From assembly GCA_963745035.1 (NCBI GenBank), contig CAVUVW010000019.1, positions 32,001 through 96,000 on the forward strand: a DNA stretch of 64,000 bases, read 5' to 3'. Shown here one piece after another: positions 19,795 to 29,027 of the stretch (position 1 is its first letter; each line of letters starts with the position of its first letter). The notes under the pieces were generated by a model. It was not told the DNA's origin and made no database searches. It was given only the letters and a program-made list of their open reading frames with translations. The translations under genes were made by a program, and so were the position numbers. Source of the stretch: an uncultured delta proteobacterium. Lineage in GTDB: Bacteria > Desulfobacterota > Binatia > UBA9968.

Positions 19795-20832
19795 TCATCC
19801 GTCAGGATTGCTTTTTTTAAAGAGCAGGACGGAAAACCACCGGTTGGCGTCGGTCAGGTGGCGCACCGGCGCGAGGCCGAAAAAACCGAGTTGCTCCTGC
19901 AAGCGCTCGGGGTCGAATTTGCGGCTGATCTCCACGAGAATTTTTTCGTCCCGCTGCCAGTGAAAGGCGCGATGCAGCTCGGCGAAGCGGACTTCGTGGG
20001 TCTCGTTGGCGACGGCGTACATTTCGATCTGCTGCCAGTCGCCGTTGTAGCGCGAGTGGTAGCGCATCTTGGCGAGATCGAAATTGCTTCCGAGCAGGCG
20101 ATTGATGTTGGCAAAGACGTTGAGAATGAATTCGGCGGTGACGCCGCGGCTGTCGTTGTAGGCGGCCTCCAGGATTTCCGCCGGCTTGATCCGGTCGACG
20201 CCGAGCAGGAGATAGTCGCGCGGTCCCATGGCCGCCGACAAGGCGCGGAAGAAGCGCGGCAAGTCGCTGTGGTTGAAGTTGCCGATGGTGCTGCCGAGAA
20301 ATACGAACAAGGTCGGCAGGTCCGGATCGATGGCTGCGATTGCTTCTTCGTAACGCGCATGCATGCCGTGAAATTCGATGCGCGGGAAGGCCGCGCGAAC
20401 CGCGTCGCGCGAGGCGAGCAGACCGGCGCGGCTCACGTCGATGGGCGTAAAAATGCTCGGACCGCGCTGGCGCTCCTGCTCGGTCAGAAGATGAACGGTC
20501 TTCTTGCTGAAGCCCGCGCCCAATTCGGCGACACAGCGCACCGGCGCGGCACCGATGATCTCGGCGGCATGCGCTTCGAGAAGCGCGTCTTCGGTGCGCG
20601 TCAGATAGTACTCCGGCAGCGCGCAGATCTGCTCGAAAAGCTCCGAGCCGCGCTGATCGTAGAGGTGGTAGGCTTCGAGCCAGCGCGGCTGGTCCCAGAG
20701 CGTGGACAGAATCGACAGGGACGGCACCGAGTCCATCTCCGCGCCGCGGCGCGCCCAGATGCCGGACTGGGGGGCGGTCCAATTGATGCGCTCGCCCGGG
20801 GCAAAGATCGATGTCGCGGCCGGTTGTGTCAT
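19795..20832 (-). CDS. egtD: L-histidine N-alpha-methyltransferase (EgtD family)
   Basis: LYDQRGSELFEQICALPEYYLTRTE, ELGAG, FLGSTIGNF, AYNDSRGVTAEF, IEM, EISRKF. Confidence 0.9.
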   Translation of the reverse strand: MTQPAATSIFAPGERINWTAPQSGIWARRGAEMDSVPSLSILSTLWDQPRWLEAYHLYDQRGSELFEQICALPEYYLTRTEDALLEAHAAEIIGAAPVRCVAELGAGFSKKTVHLLTEQERQRGPSIFTPIDVSRAGLLASRDAVRAAFPRIEFHGMHARYEEAIAAIDPDLPTLFVFLGSTIGNFNHSDLPRFFRALSAAMGPRDYLLLGVDRIKPAEILEAAYNDSRGVTAEFILNVFANINRLLGSNFDLAKMRYHSRYNGDWQQIEMYAVANETHEVRFAELHRAFHWQRDEKILVEISRKFDPERLQEQLGFFGLAPVRHLTDANRWFSVLLFKKSNPDG

Positions 20833-20892
20833 CGGTAGAGAGACTATAAAAGAAAAGGGCCCGGCTTTCGACCCGCGCCGGAAATATTTCCC

Positions 20893-21660
20893 ATGAGCAA
20901 CGACGAGATCGCCGTCGAGTTTCGCGACGTGAGCTTCATTGTCCCCGGCGGCAAGAAGCTCCTCGCTCATCTCGATTTGACGGTACGCCGCGGCGAGACT
21001 CTGGTCTTGCTCGGGCGCAGCGGCTCGGGCAAGACCACGACGATGAAGTTGATCAACCGCCTGATCGATCCGACGGAAGGCGAAGTTCGGATCGAGGGCC
21101 GGGCCAGCGTGGAGTGGGACCCGATCCGGCTGCGCCGGCGCATCGGCTACGTGATCCAGGAAATCGGTCTGTTTCCGCACTTGACAGTGGCGGAGAATAT
21201 CGGCGTCGTGCCGCGGCTCGAAGGCTGGCCGCCGGAGCGCATCCGCGAGCGCGCGCGGGCGCTGCTCCAGATGGTCGGTCTCGATGCCGACCGCTTCGCC
21301 GAACGCATGCCGCGGGAATTGTCCGGCGGCCAGCGCCAGCGCGTCGGCGTGGCGCGCGCGCTCGCGGCGGACCCGCCGTTTATTTTGCTCGACGAGCCCT
21401 TCGGCGCCCTCGATCCGATCACGCGCCGCGAGATTCAACGCGAGTTCCAAACCCTCCAGCGCGAGCTGGGCAAGACGATGATCTTCGTCACCCATGACAT
21501 CGCCGAGGCGTTTCTGCTCGCCAACCGGATCGCGCTGCTCCAGGACGGCGCAATGGTTCTGCTCGGCCCGCCGGAAGATTTGCTGCGCTCGGCGCATCCC
21601 GAAGCGCGCGCCTTCGCCGAGGGTTTTCGCGGCGCGCAAAATTCTCCGAGCGGCGCATGA
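20893..21660 (+). CDS. Betaine/ergothioneine-type ABC transporter ATPase (OpuCA/EgtV-like)
   Basis: GRSGSGKTT, LRRRIGYVIQEIGLFPH, LSGGQRQR, DEPFGALDPITR. Confidence 0.92.
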   Translation: MSNDEIAVEFRDVSFIVPGGKKLLAHLDLTVRRGETLVLLGRSGSGKTTTMKLINRLIDPTEGEVRIEGRASVEWDPIRLRRRIGYVIQEIGLFPHLTVAENIGVVPRLEGWPPERIRERARALLQMVGLDADRFAERMPRELSGGQRQRVGVARALAADPPFILLDEPFGALDPITRREIQREFQTLQRELGKTMIFVTHDIAEAFLLANRIALLQDGAMVLLGPPEDLLRSAHPEARAFAEGFRGAQNSPSGA

Positions 21661-23234
21661 CGATCGGCGAATTTCTCGTGCGCCACGGTGGCGAGCTCCT
21701 GGGCCTCACTTTCGAACATTTGCTGCTCGTGCTGGTGTCGACGGGTCTGGCGATCCTCATCGGCGTTCCCCTCGGCATCGTGCTCACCCGCCGGCCTGCG
21801 CTCAGCAAGCCGGTGCTCGGCTTCGCCAACATCATGCAAACCGTGCCGAGCCTGGCGCTGTTCGGCTTTTTGATCCCGCTCAATATTTATTTGTTCAACG
21901 TAAAGATTCTCGGCGGCATCGGCGCGCGCACGGCGATCGTCGCGCTGGTGCTCTACGCGCTGCTGCCGATCATTCGCAATACGTTCATTGGCATCAGCTC
22001 GGTCGATCCGGCGATTCGCGACGCCGGACGCGGCATGGGCATGACCGATCGCCAACTGCTGTTTCAGGTGGAGCTGCCGCTCGCGCTCGGCGTGATCATC
22101 GCCGGAGTGCGCGTCGCGACGGTAATTTGCGTCGGCACGGCGACCATCGCGGCGGCGATCGACGCCGGGGGGCTGGGCCGCTACATTTTTCGCGGTCTGC
22201 GGGCCAACGACAATCTGCTCATCCTCGCCGGCGCACTGCCCGCGGCGCTGATCGCCCTGGGCGCGGACCTCGGTCTGGGCTACGTCGAGCGCACCATGCA
22301 ATTCGCCGGCGCGCGCAAGAGCCGACCAAAAACTTTTCTGTGGCCGAGCCTTGCCGGCGCCCTGGCGCTGCTCGCCGCGGGTTATTTCTTTATCGGTCAC
22401 GGCGGCAGCCGGATTGCCGTCGGCTCCAAGGATTTCAGCGAGCAGGTGATCCTCGGAGAGCTGCTCGCCCAGGCGATCGAAGCGGAGACCGGCTTGGCGG
22501 TGGAGCGGCGCTTCGACCTCGGCGGAAATTTGGCCCATGAGGCGCTCGTCGCCGGAGAAATCGATCTCTATCCGGAATACACCGGAACCGCGCTGCTGGC
22601 GATCTTGAAAAGCCGGCCGCTCAAGGATCCGCAGGAGGTTTACCGCGTGGTGGCGCAAGAGTACGCCAAACGCTTCGATCTCGTCTGGACCGAGCCGTTC
22701 GGGTTCAACAACACCTTCGCGATTTTGGTGCGCGGCGACGATGCGCGCCGGCTCAATCTAAAAACCATCAGCGACGCGGCGCGCGTCTCGGCGCAGTGGC
22801 GCGCCGGCTTCGGCCAGGATTTCATGTCGCGGGCCGACGGCTATCCGGGCTTTGCGAAGACCTACGGCTTTCACTTTCAGGAAATCCGCGAGATGGACCT
22901 TTCGCTCACCTATCGCGCGCTCGCGGAAAAGCAAGTCGATCTGATCGCGGGCAATTCCACCGACGGTTTGATCGCGCGCTACGGTCTGGTGCAGTTGGAA
23001 GACGACCGCAAGTATTTCCCGCCCTACGACGCCGTGCCGGTGGCGCGCCGGGCAACGCTGGAAAAATATCCGAAAACGCGGGCGGTGTTGCAACGGCTCG
23101 GCGGCATCCTCACGGTCGAGGAGATGCGCAAGCTCAACTACGCCGTCGACGGCGAGAAGCGCCAGCCCAAGGACGTGGCCCAGCAGTTCTTGCTGGAGAA
23201 GCGCATCCTCGACGGCTCCGGCGCGGCGCGCTGA
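21657..23234 (+). CDS. Fused permease/substrate-binding protein of a betaine/ergothioneine-type ABC importer (EgtU/OpuBC-like)
   Basis: QTVPSLAL, LLPIIRNT permease part fused to a GSKDFSEQ, YPEYTGT, FNNTFA, FPPYDAVP binding domain. Confidence 0.9.
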   Translation: MTIGEFLVRHGGELLGLTFEHLLLVLVSTGLAILIGVPLGIVLTRRPALSKPVLGFANIMQTVPSLALFGFLIPLNIYLFNVKILGGIGARTAIVALVLYALLPIIRNTFIGISSVDPAIRDAGRGMGMTDRQLLFQVELPLALGVIIAGVRVATVICVGTATIAAAIDAGGLGRYIFRGLRANDNLLILAGALPAALIALGADLGLGYVERTMQFAGARKSRPKTFLWPSLAGALALLAAGYFFIGHGGSRIAVGSKDFSEQVILGELLAQAIEAETGLAVERRFDLGGNLAHEALVAGEIDLYPEYTGTALLAILKSRPLKDPQEVYRVVAQEYAKRFDLVWTEPFGFNNTFAILVRGDDARRLNLKTISDAARVSAQWRAGFGQDFMSRADGYPGFAKTYGFHFQEIREMDLSLTYRALAEKQVDLIAGNSTDGLIARYGLVQLEDDRKYFPPYDAVPVARRATLEKYPKTRAVLQRLGGILTVEEMRKLNYAVDGEKRQPKDVAQQFLLEKRILDGSGAAR

Positions 23235-23276
23235 TTTTGCTTAGCGCTTTCGCCCGGCAGGGCGTCGTGCTAAGCG

Positions 23277-24587
23277 ATGGGTTGGCTGCACAGATTGCCG
23301 ATCACTCGCACAGGATCTTTTTTCTTGTTTCACCAACTCACCGGACTCTTTTACGGCTGGCGCATGATAGCGGCGGCGGGCGCGCTGCGCGTGCTCGGCG
23401 CGGGACTTCATAGCTTCGGCTTCACGGTGTTTTTCCTGCCGCTCAGCCAGGACCTGAACCTCAATCGAACCTCGACGTCTTTGGCTTTTTCCCTCGCGCG
23501 CGCGGAGGGCGCCATCGAGGGTCCGATCGTCGGGCATCTGCTCGATCGCTACGGCCCGAAACCGGTGATGATCGCCGCGGTGTTGCTGATGGGCGTGGGT
23601 TATTTGCTGCTCTCGCAGGTGAATAGCTACGCGGCCTTTCTGTTTGTCTACTTGGGCGTGATCTCGTTGGCGCACGCAGGCGGATTCATGCACGCGCCAA
23701 TGGTGCTGATCAACACCTGGTTCATCCGCCATCGCGCGCGCGCCATTACCATTAGCAGCGCGGCGTTCGGGATGGGCGGCGTCTTGGTCGCGCCGATTCT
23801 CAGCGTGATCGTGCAGACGTGGGGATGGCGCTGGGGTGCGGCGATCGCCGGCATGCTTTTTCTGCTGCTCGGTATCCCGCTGGCGCTGACCATTCGGCGC
23901 TCGCCTGAGAGTATGGGGTTGGTGCCCGATGGCGACGTCGTACCGGATGTCGAGACCGGCACGGAATCGCCTGCTCCCGCGAATCGTCCCGAAGTCGACG
24001 TCACGGTCGCGGAAGCGCTGCGCTCGTTTGCGTTCTGGGGATCGGTGGTCGCTGCCGGTATTCGCAACGGCTGCTATCACGCGATCTCGGTGCATTTCAT
24101 CCCGCTGATGGTCTGGAAGGGGTTGAGCCAGGCGGAGGCGGCATTTTTATTGGGCGCTTACGCATTTCTCGGCATGGCGACCACCTTGCTCATCGGCTGG
24201 TCTGCCGACCGCATGAACAAACCGCGGCTTACCGCATGGATTCTTTTTATAGCGGCGGCCGCGATGCTCCTACCGATCTTCGGCAATTCATTTCTCGCGC
24301 TGGCGCTGTTCACGATTTTTTTTGCCGCGGTGGAAACCACTTTTCCGCTCGGCTGGGCGATCGTCGGCGACTTGTTCGGGCGCAAGCACTACGCCAAAAT
24401 CCGCGGCTACATGACTCTGTTTTACACGTGGGGCGGAGTCATCGGGCCGGTGCTTGCCGGCGCGATCTTCGACCGCTGGGCAACCTACGAGCCGCTGTTA
24501 TGGTCGCTCATCGGTGTATTCATTCTCGCGGGGGGTTTCTTCGCGGGCTTGAGCCGTACCTGGAAAAGAGCGACGGGCCGGATTTGA
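23277..24587 (+). CDS. MFS transporter
   Basis: About 12 TM segments; FYGW, LLDRYGPK, DLFGRKHYAKIRG. Confidence 0.88.
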   Translation: MGWLHRLPITRTGSFFLFHQLTGLFYGWRMIAAAGALRVLGAGLHSFGFTVFFLPLSQDLNLNRTSTSLAFSLARAEGAIEGPIVGHLLDRYGPKPVMIAAVLLMGVGYLLLSQVNSYAAFLFVYLGVISLAHAGGFMHAPMVLINTWFIRHRARAITISSAAFGMGGVLVAPILSVIVQTWGWRWGAAIAGMLFLLLGIPLALTIRRSPESMGLVPDGDVVPDVETGTESPAPANRPEVDVTVAEALRSFAFWGSVVAAGIRNGCYHAISVHFIPLMVWKGLSQAEAAFLLGAYAFLGMATTLLIGWSADRMNKPRLTAWILFIAAAAMLLPIFGNSFLALALFTIFFAAVETTFPLGWAIVGDLFGRKHYAKIRGYMTLFYTWGGVIGPVLAGAIFDRWATYEPLLWSLIGVFILAGGFFAGLSRTWKRATGRI

Positions 24588-24594
24588 GGAGTTT

Positions 24595-24676
24595 ACCGCG
24601 GAGGCGCGGAGAACGCAGAGGGGAGAATTATCGTTACGACATGCTCCGCTCTCTGTGATCTCCGCGTCTCTGCGGT
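24595..24676. repeat. Intergenic inverted repeat (ACCGCGGAGGCGCGGAGA...TCTCCGCGTCTCTGCGGT)
   Basis: Imperfect terminal inverted repeat pair immediately after the MFS stop codon. Confidence 0.65.
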
Positions 24677-24712
24677 CAACGTCGGATTTGTGTAGCGAAG
24701 AAAGGAAAAACG

Positions 24713-25699
24713 ATGGGCAAGCTGCTCATGATGTTGATGATGGTCCTCGCGTTCGCGGCAGATTCCGCCGACGCGCAGAAATTGGATCGGGCGGTCCTCG
24801 CCTTCGGGTCGACCGGACCCAACCTCACACCGTTCTGGGTGGGACGCGATGCCGGTCTCTATCGGCGTTACGGTGTCGACGTCGATGTGGTGTTTTTTCG
24901 CGGCAGCACGATCGCGATCAATGCGCTGGCAACAAGAGACGCGCACTTCGGCGCGTTTGGCGCGAGTTCTTCGGTGCTGGCGAGACTCGGCGGCATGGAT
25001 ACGACCTTGATTGCCACCGCCACACCGGGCTTGCTGTTCTATTTGGTGACACGAAAGGAAATCAAAAACGCCGCCGATCTGAAGGGTAAGCGGATCGGCG
25101 CGAGCCGTCCGGGAACCGATTCGGATCTTGCCGCGCGAGTCGCCGTGCAGAAACTGGGCTTGGCGGAAAAAGACGTCAGCATTCTCAGTATGGGAACCGA
25201 TCAGGAACGGCTCTCGGCGATGACACAGGGCATCGCCGACGCGACGGTGGTCACCATCGGCGGCTACGTGGCGGCCCAGAAACTCGGCTTTCACTCCATC
25301 CTGGATCTTTCGCAATTGAATATTCCCTACGAGGCGGCATCGCTGATTACCACTCGGTCGCTGATCAAGGAGAATCCCGAAATGGTCGGCAAATTCGCCA
25401 GAGGCTTCGTCGCGGCGATTCAATATGCGCAGGCGAACCGCGAATTTACCCTGAAAGTGCTGAGCAAATACATGCGGACTTCCGACCAGGAAGTACTGAA
25501 CGCGAGCTACGACTACTACGTCGGCCGAATCATCCCGCGGACGCCCTACGTCAGCGAAAACGGCTTGCAGGCGGTCATCGACTTCATCCGCCAGCGAAAC
25601 CCGCAGACGCCGCCCGCCAAAGCCCAGGACTTCATGGATAACCGCTTCATCAAGGAGCTCGACGAGAGCGGTTTCATCAAGAGCTTGTACACGAAATAG
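24713..25699 (+). CDS. ABC substrate-binding protein, NMT1/SsuA-like
   Basis: Signal peptide, DLKGKRIG, DNRFIKELDESGFI C-terminus. Confidence 0.88.
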   Translation: MGKLLMMLMMVLAFAADSADAQKLDRAVLAFGSTGPNLTPFWVGRDAGLYRRYGVDVDVVFFRGSTIAINALATRDAHFGAFGASSSVLARLGGMDTTLIATATPGLLFYLVTRKEIKNAADLKGKRIGASRPGTDSDLAARVAVQKLGLAEKDVSILSMGTDQERLSAMTQGIADATVVTIGGYVAAQKLGFHSILDLSQLNIPYEAASLITTRSLIKENPEMVGKFARGFVAAIQYAQANREFTLKVLSKYMRTSDQEVLNASYDYYVGRIIPRTPYVSENGLQAVIDFIRQRNPQTPPAKAQDFMDNRFIKELDESGFIKSLYTK

Positions 25700-25704
25700 C
25701 TCGG

Positions 25705-27157
25705 CTATGGCTGGCTGTTGCGAATGAGCTGCGCGTAGAAGCGCACGCAGCGCTCGTAGTCGTCAAAGGAAATGCGCTCGTCGACGCCGTGATAGCGTTT
25801 CGCGTCCTCGGGTCCGAGAGCAATCGGCAGAAAGCGGAAGATGTTCGGAGTCAAGGCGGCATAATGGCGCGAATCGGTCGCGGCGACCAGAAGCCCGGGA
25901 GCCACCAGGGCAGCCGGTACGATCTGCCGGATGGTTTTCTGCACGAGTTCGAAAGCGGCGCTGCCGACATCCGACACAGCCGACGCTTCCATCTGCACGG
26001 GAAGCGCGGTCACGGCGATGCGCGGATCGTCGATTGTCCGGCGCACATGCGCGACGGCGCCGGCGATCGAATCGCCGGGCAGGAGCCGCAAATTGACGAC
26101 GGCCGAGGCTTCGGCGGGCAAGACGGTCTCCGCCAGGCCGGCATGAAACAGGATCGGCGCCGAGGTGGTGCGAATCGCGGCGTTGGTGAGCGGCGATTGC
26201 GCCAATCGGTTTCGCACTAGGGGATCGAATAGCCAGAGATTGGCGAGCGCCAGTTTGTTGCTCCAAGACATTTCGGGCCCGAGAAATTCGAGCATTTGCC
26301 GCGTCGCGCCGCTCAGGCGCGAGGGAAACGGCGCGCCGTCGAGGCGTTGCAGCGCGCGGCTCAAGATGCCGATCGACGTTCTCCGCAGGCGGGATCGAGC
26401 TGTGCCCACCGGCCGCTTGCGCCGCTAGACGAAGACTCAGGTAGCCTTTTTCGGCGATGCCGATGAGCGCGACCGGAGAATCTGTCCCAGGCACGATTTC
26501 ATTTAGAATATTCAGTCCCTCGTCGACCACGATCTCGAGGGAAACGCCGCGCGAGCGCAGCAGCTCGGCGATTTTCGCGGCGCCGCGATGGCCGCCTGTC
26601 TCTTCGTCATGGCCGAAAGCGAGATAGACTGTGCGCTTCGGCCGGAATCCCTCGCTGAGTAAATGCTCGACGGACTCGAGGATGGCCAGCATGCTCGCCT
26701 TGTCGTCCATCGCACCGCGCCCCCAGACGTGGCCGCCCGCGAGCGCACCGGAAAACGGCGGATAGCGCCAGCTTTGGTCGTCGGCGGGAACCACGTCCAT
26801 GTGCGCCAGCAGCAGCATCGGCTTGAGCGCACCGTCTGCGCCTTTCCAGGTGTAGAGCAGGCTGTGGCCGCCGACGATTTCTCTAGGGAGTTGTTTGCCG
26901 ACATGCGGGAAGGCTTGATGGAGAAAGTCATGAAGCCGCGTGAACTCGTCGAAGGAGGTCTGCGCCGGATCGTGGTTCGAAACCGTGCGAAACTGGATCG
27001 CGCGCGAGAGCCGCTCGAGGGCCGCGGCGCGATCGAAGCTCATCTGGACGGCGGGCGGCGGCGCGATTTGCCGTGAGCGGAACGCGATGGCACGGGCAGC
27101 CAAGATAACGAGAAGAATGACGAGCAATCCAAGTAGGGCAAAACCGATTCGTTTCAT
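25705..27157 (-). pseudogene. M20 peptidase (PM20D1/carboxypeptidase S-like) with one frameshift near 26378, possibly a sequencing indel
   Basis: LAHMDVVP, WGRGAMDDK, GHDEE, GGHSS in one frame; SIGILSRA...ATDSRHY...HGVDER continues in another. Confidence 0.8.
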
Positions 27158-27301
27158 GGCGTTGAACTGCAAGATTCGAGAGGTAGCAAGAGGGCGCGCC
27201 GCCCGCAAGGCGAAATGCCGCGACGATACGCGAATTTGACAATAGGAAGGGCCTCCGCTAATTCTTTTAGAATTCAACGCAAACGCAACGCAGGAGGAAC
27301 G

Positions 27302-28237
27302 ATGAGCGATTTTTACAGCGATTGGCTGGAGCAGTCCAAAGCCAACGAGAAGGCGGTGGGCGAGTCGCCGCGGTTTACCCGATCCAAGGATTTGAAGTGG
27401 GTGCGCACCCCCCAGGATTTCAAAGCCGCGCTGATGATCGCCCCCGAGTTGGGGTTTACCACCGGTGGGAGTTGCATGATGCGGGCAGAGATCCCGGCCA
27501 ACTGGCACACCGGCAAGCATTTCCACGGCGAAGAGGCGATCTACGTCGAGAGCGGCGACGGGTTTATGATCCTCGACGACAAGCGCTACGATTTTCATCC
27601 CGGCACAGTGATTCACATCCCGTATCGCTCCCCGCATCAATTGTTCAATACCGGCAACACGCCCGTGGGCTATATCTCCGGTCTGGCCTGGCATCTCGAA
27701 GCCGCCGTCTACATGGGCAAGCTGGAGCAGCTGGAGGTATGCGGCGAGAACGATCCCAAGAAGATGGCGGTCTTTCCCAAGGAAGAGTCCCAGTACTGGC
27801 CCGAGGACGGCCGGCGCATCACCATGCACCAGAGCCAGCACGTGAAGTCCGACGAGTCCAAGCACGGGGCGACGTATTTTCTGATGGGACGAAGCGGCAA
27901 GGACAATGGATTCAAGGCCACCGGCGTAGCGATCAGCTCAATCTTCGTCGATCTACCCCACACCAAGAGCCACAGCCACGCCCATCCGGAAGCCTATCTC
28001 TACGCGCTCGAAGGCGACGGCTACTCGGAGATCGGCGGCAAGCGTTACGACTGGAATCAGGGGGATGCCATTCACGTACCGCCGGGGATGCTGCATCACC
28101 AGCACTTCAATCCGTTTGATCGCGACATGAAGGAGCTGCGTTTCGAGTTTGGGGTGCGCTACTGGTTCGTCGATCAGTGGAAGGGCTACACCACCATCGA
28201 TAAACACTTGAAGGCGACGACGCACATGATCGATTAG
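27302..28237 (+). CDS. Bicupin-domain protein
   Basis: Two cupin motifs, GKHFHGEE...PHQLFN and SHAHPEA...HQHFN; AGGAGG RBS. Confidence 0.85.
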   Translation: MSDFYSDWLEQSKANEKAVGESPRFTRSKDLKWVRTPQDFKAALMIAPELGFTTGGSCMMRAEIPANWHTGKHFHGEEAIYVESGDGFMILDDKRYDFHPGTVIHIPYRSPHQLFNTGNTPVGYISGLAWHLEAAVYMGKLEQLEVCGENDPKKMAVFPKEESQYWPEDGRRITMHQSQHVKSDESKHGATYFLMGRSGKDNGFKATGVAISSIFVDLPHTKSHSHAHPEAYLYALEGDGYSEIGGKRYDWNQGDAIHVPPGMLHHQHFNPFDRDMKELRFEFGVRYWFVDQWKGYTTIDKHLKATTHMID

Positions 28238-28259
28238 CGATTCCTTTTTCTTTCCATGC

Positions 28260-28293
28260 AAAAGCGAGCCGGACGGAAGGTCGGCTCGCTTTT
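28260..28293. terminator. Rho-independent terminator-like hairpin
   Basis: AAAAGCGAGCCG...CGGCTCGCTTTT after the cupin gene. Confidence 0.65.
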
Positions 28294-28361
28294 CGCATTT
28301 TTGGAGCTTTTCCGCTTAACGATAGAAAAACCGGGAATAAGCTAAGTAACCGCAGGGTTTC

Positions 28362-28438
28362 GTCATACCCGCGAAAGCGGGTATCCAGGCCAATTGGGGC
28401 GAAGAACAAACCTGGATTCCCGCGTACGCGGGAATGAC
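28362..28438. repeat. REP-like inverted doublet GTCATnCCCGCGnAnGCGGGnATCCAGG
   Basis: Two palindromic units in opposite orientation; related copy at 30031-30105. Confidence 0.85.
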
Positions 28439-28617
28439 CACTCGCGGGAAAACGTACCGAGGAAAATCCCCGCATTTTTCATTCTCCGTGAGCGAGCGCA
28501 GCTCATGAATCACTTCGTGGTCCATCTTCTTCTTGGTCGCGCTCGATATTTCGCGGTGTCTTCTGAATTCGGCACCAATCTTCTTGCAAGGCGAAACGAT
28601 ATTTTTTATAGAAACAG

Positions 28618-28890
28618 GTGATGCCAGAGTCGCGCAACATACGAAACGGCGATTCGAAGATGATGCTCGGCTTCATCGTGCGCCGGTGCGCGGCTGACAT
28701 CGGTCACACGCCGACGCCGGACGAATTCGCCAAGTGGGCCAACGGCTATCATCAGCACGGCAAGCGCCTCTGTCTGTTCGGCAGGGAGATTTCGGCGTCG
28801 CACGCGAAAGTCATGTTCAGCCAGCCGGGCCGGCTGGTTTCGGTCAGCGCCGAAGGCATGGCGCGGATCGCGCGCGGAAACGGCCGATAA
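28618..28890 (+). CDS. Hypothetical protein (about 90 aa)
   Basis: Isolated ORF with coding-like codon use; MLGFIVRRCAADIGHTPTPDEFAKWAN; no family recognised. Confidence 0.6.
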   Translation: MMPESRNIRNGDSKMMLGFIVRRCAADIGHTPTPDEFAKWANGYHQHGKRLCLFGREISASHAKVMFSQPGRLVSVSAEGMARIARGNGR

Positions 28891-29027
28891 CATTCCTCGT
28901 CCTCGATCTCATTCAGGTCACGACGACTCCGCCTTCCCGTCGTTGCCCCACATAATCGATCTTGTTATGCTCATTCACACTCTCATTATCCTGACTTCGG
29001 TTGGATTCATCTCGTGGAGGTTTTCGC

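Noticed and set aside
19795-21639. Apparent 614-aa EgtD fusion (also the 700-aa M20 and 487-aa GH84 ORFs)
   Set aside because: The N-terminal extensions are antisense to real plus-strand genes; the likely starts are 20832, 27157 and 17207.
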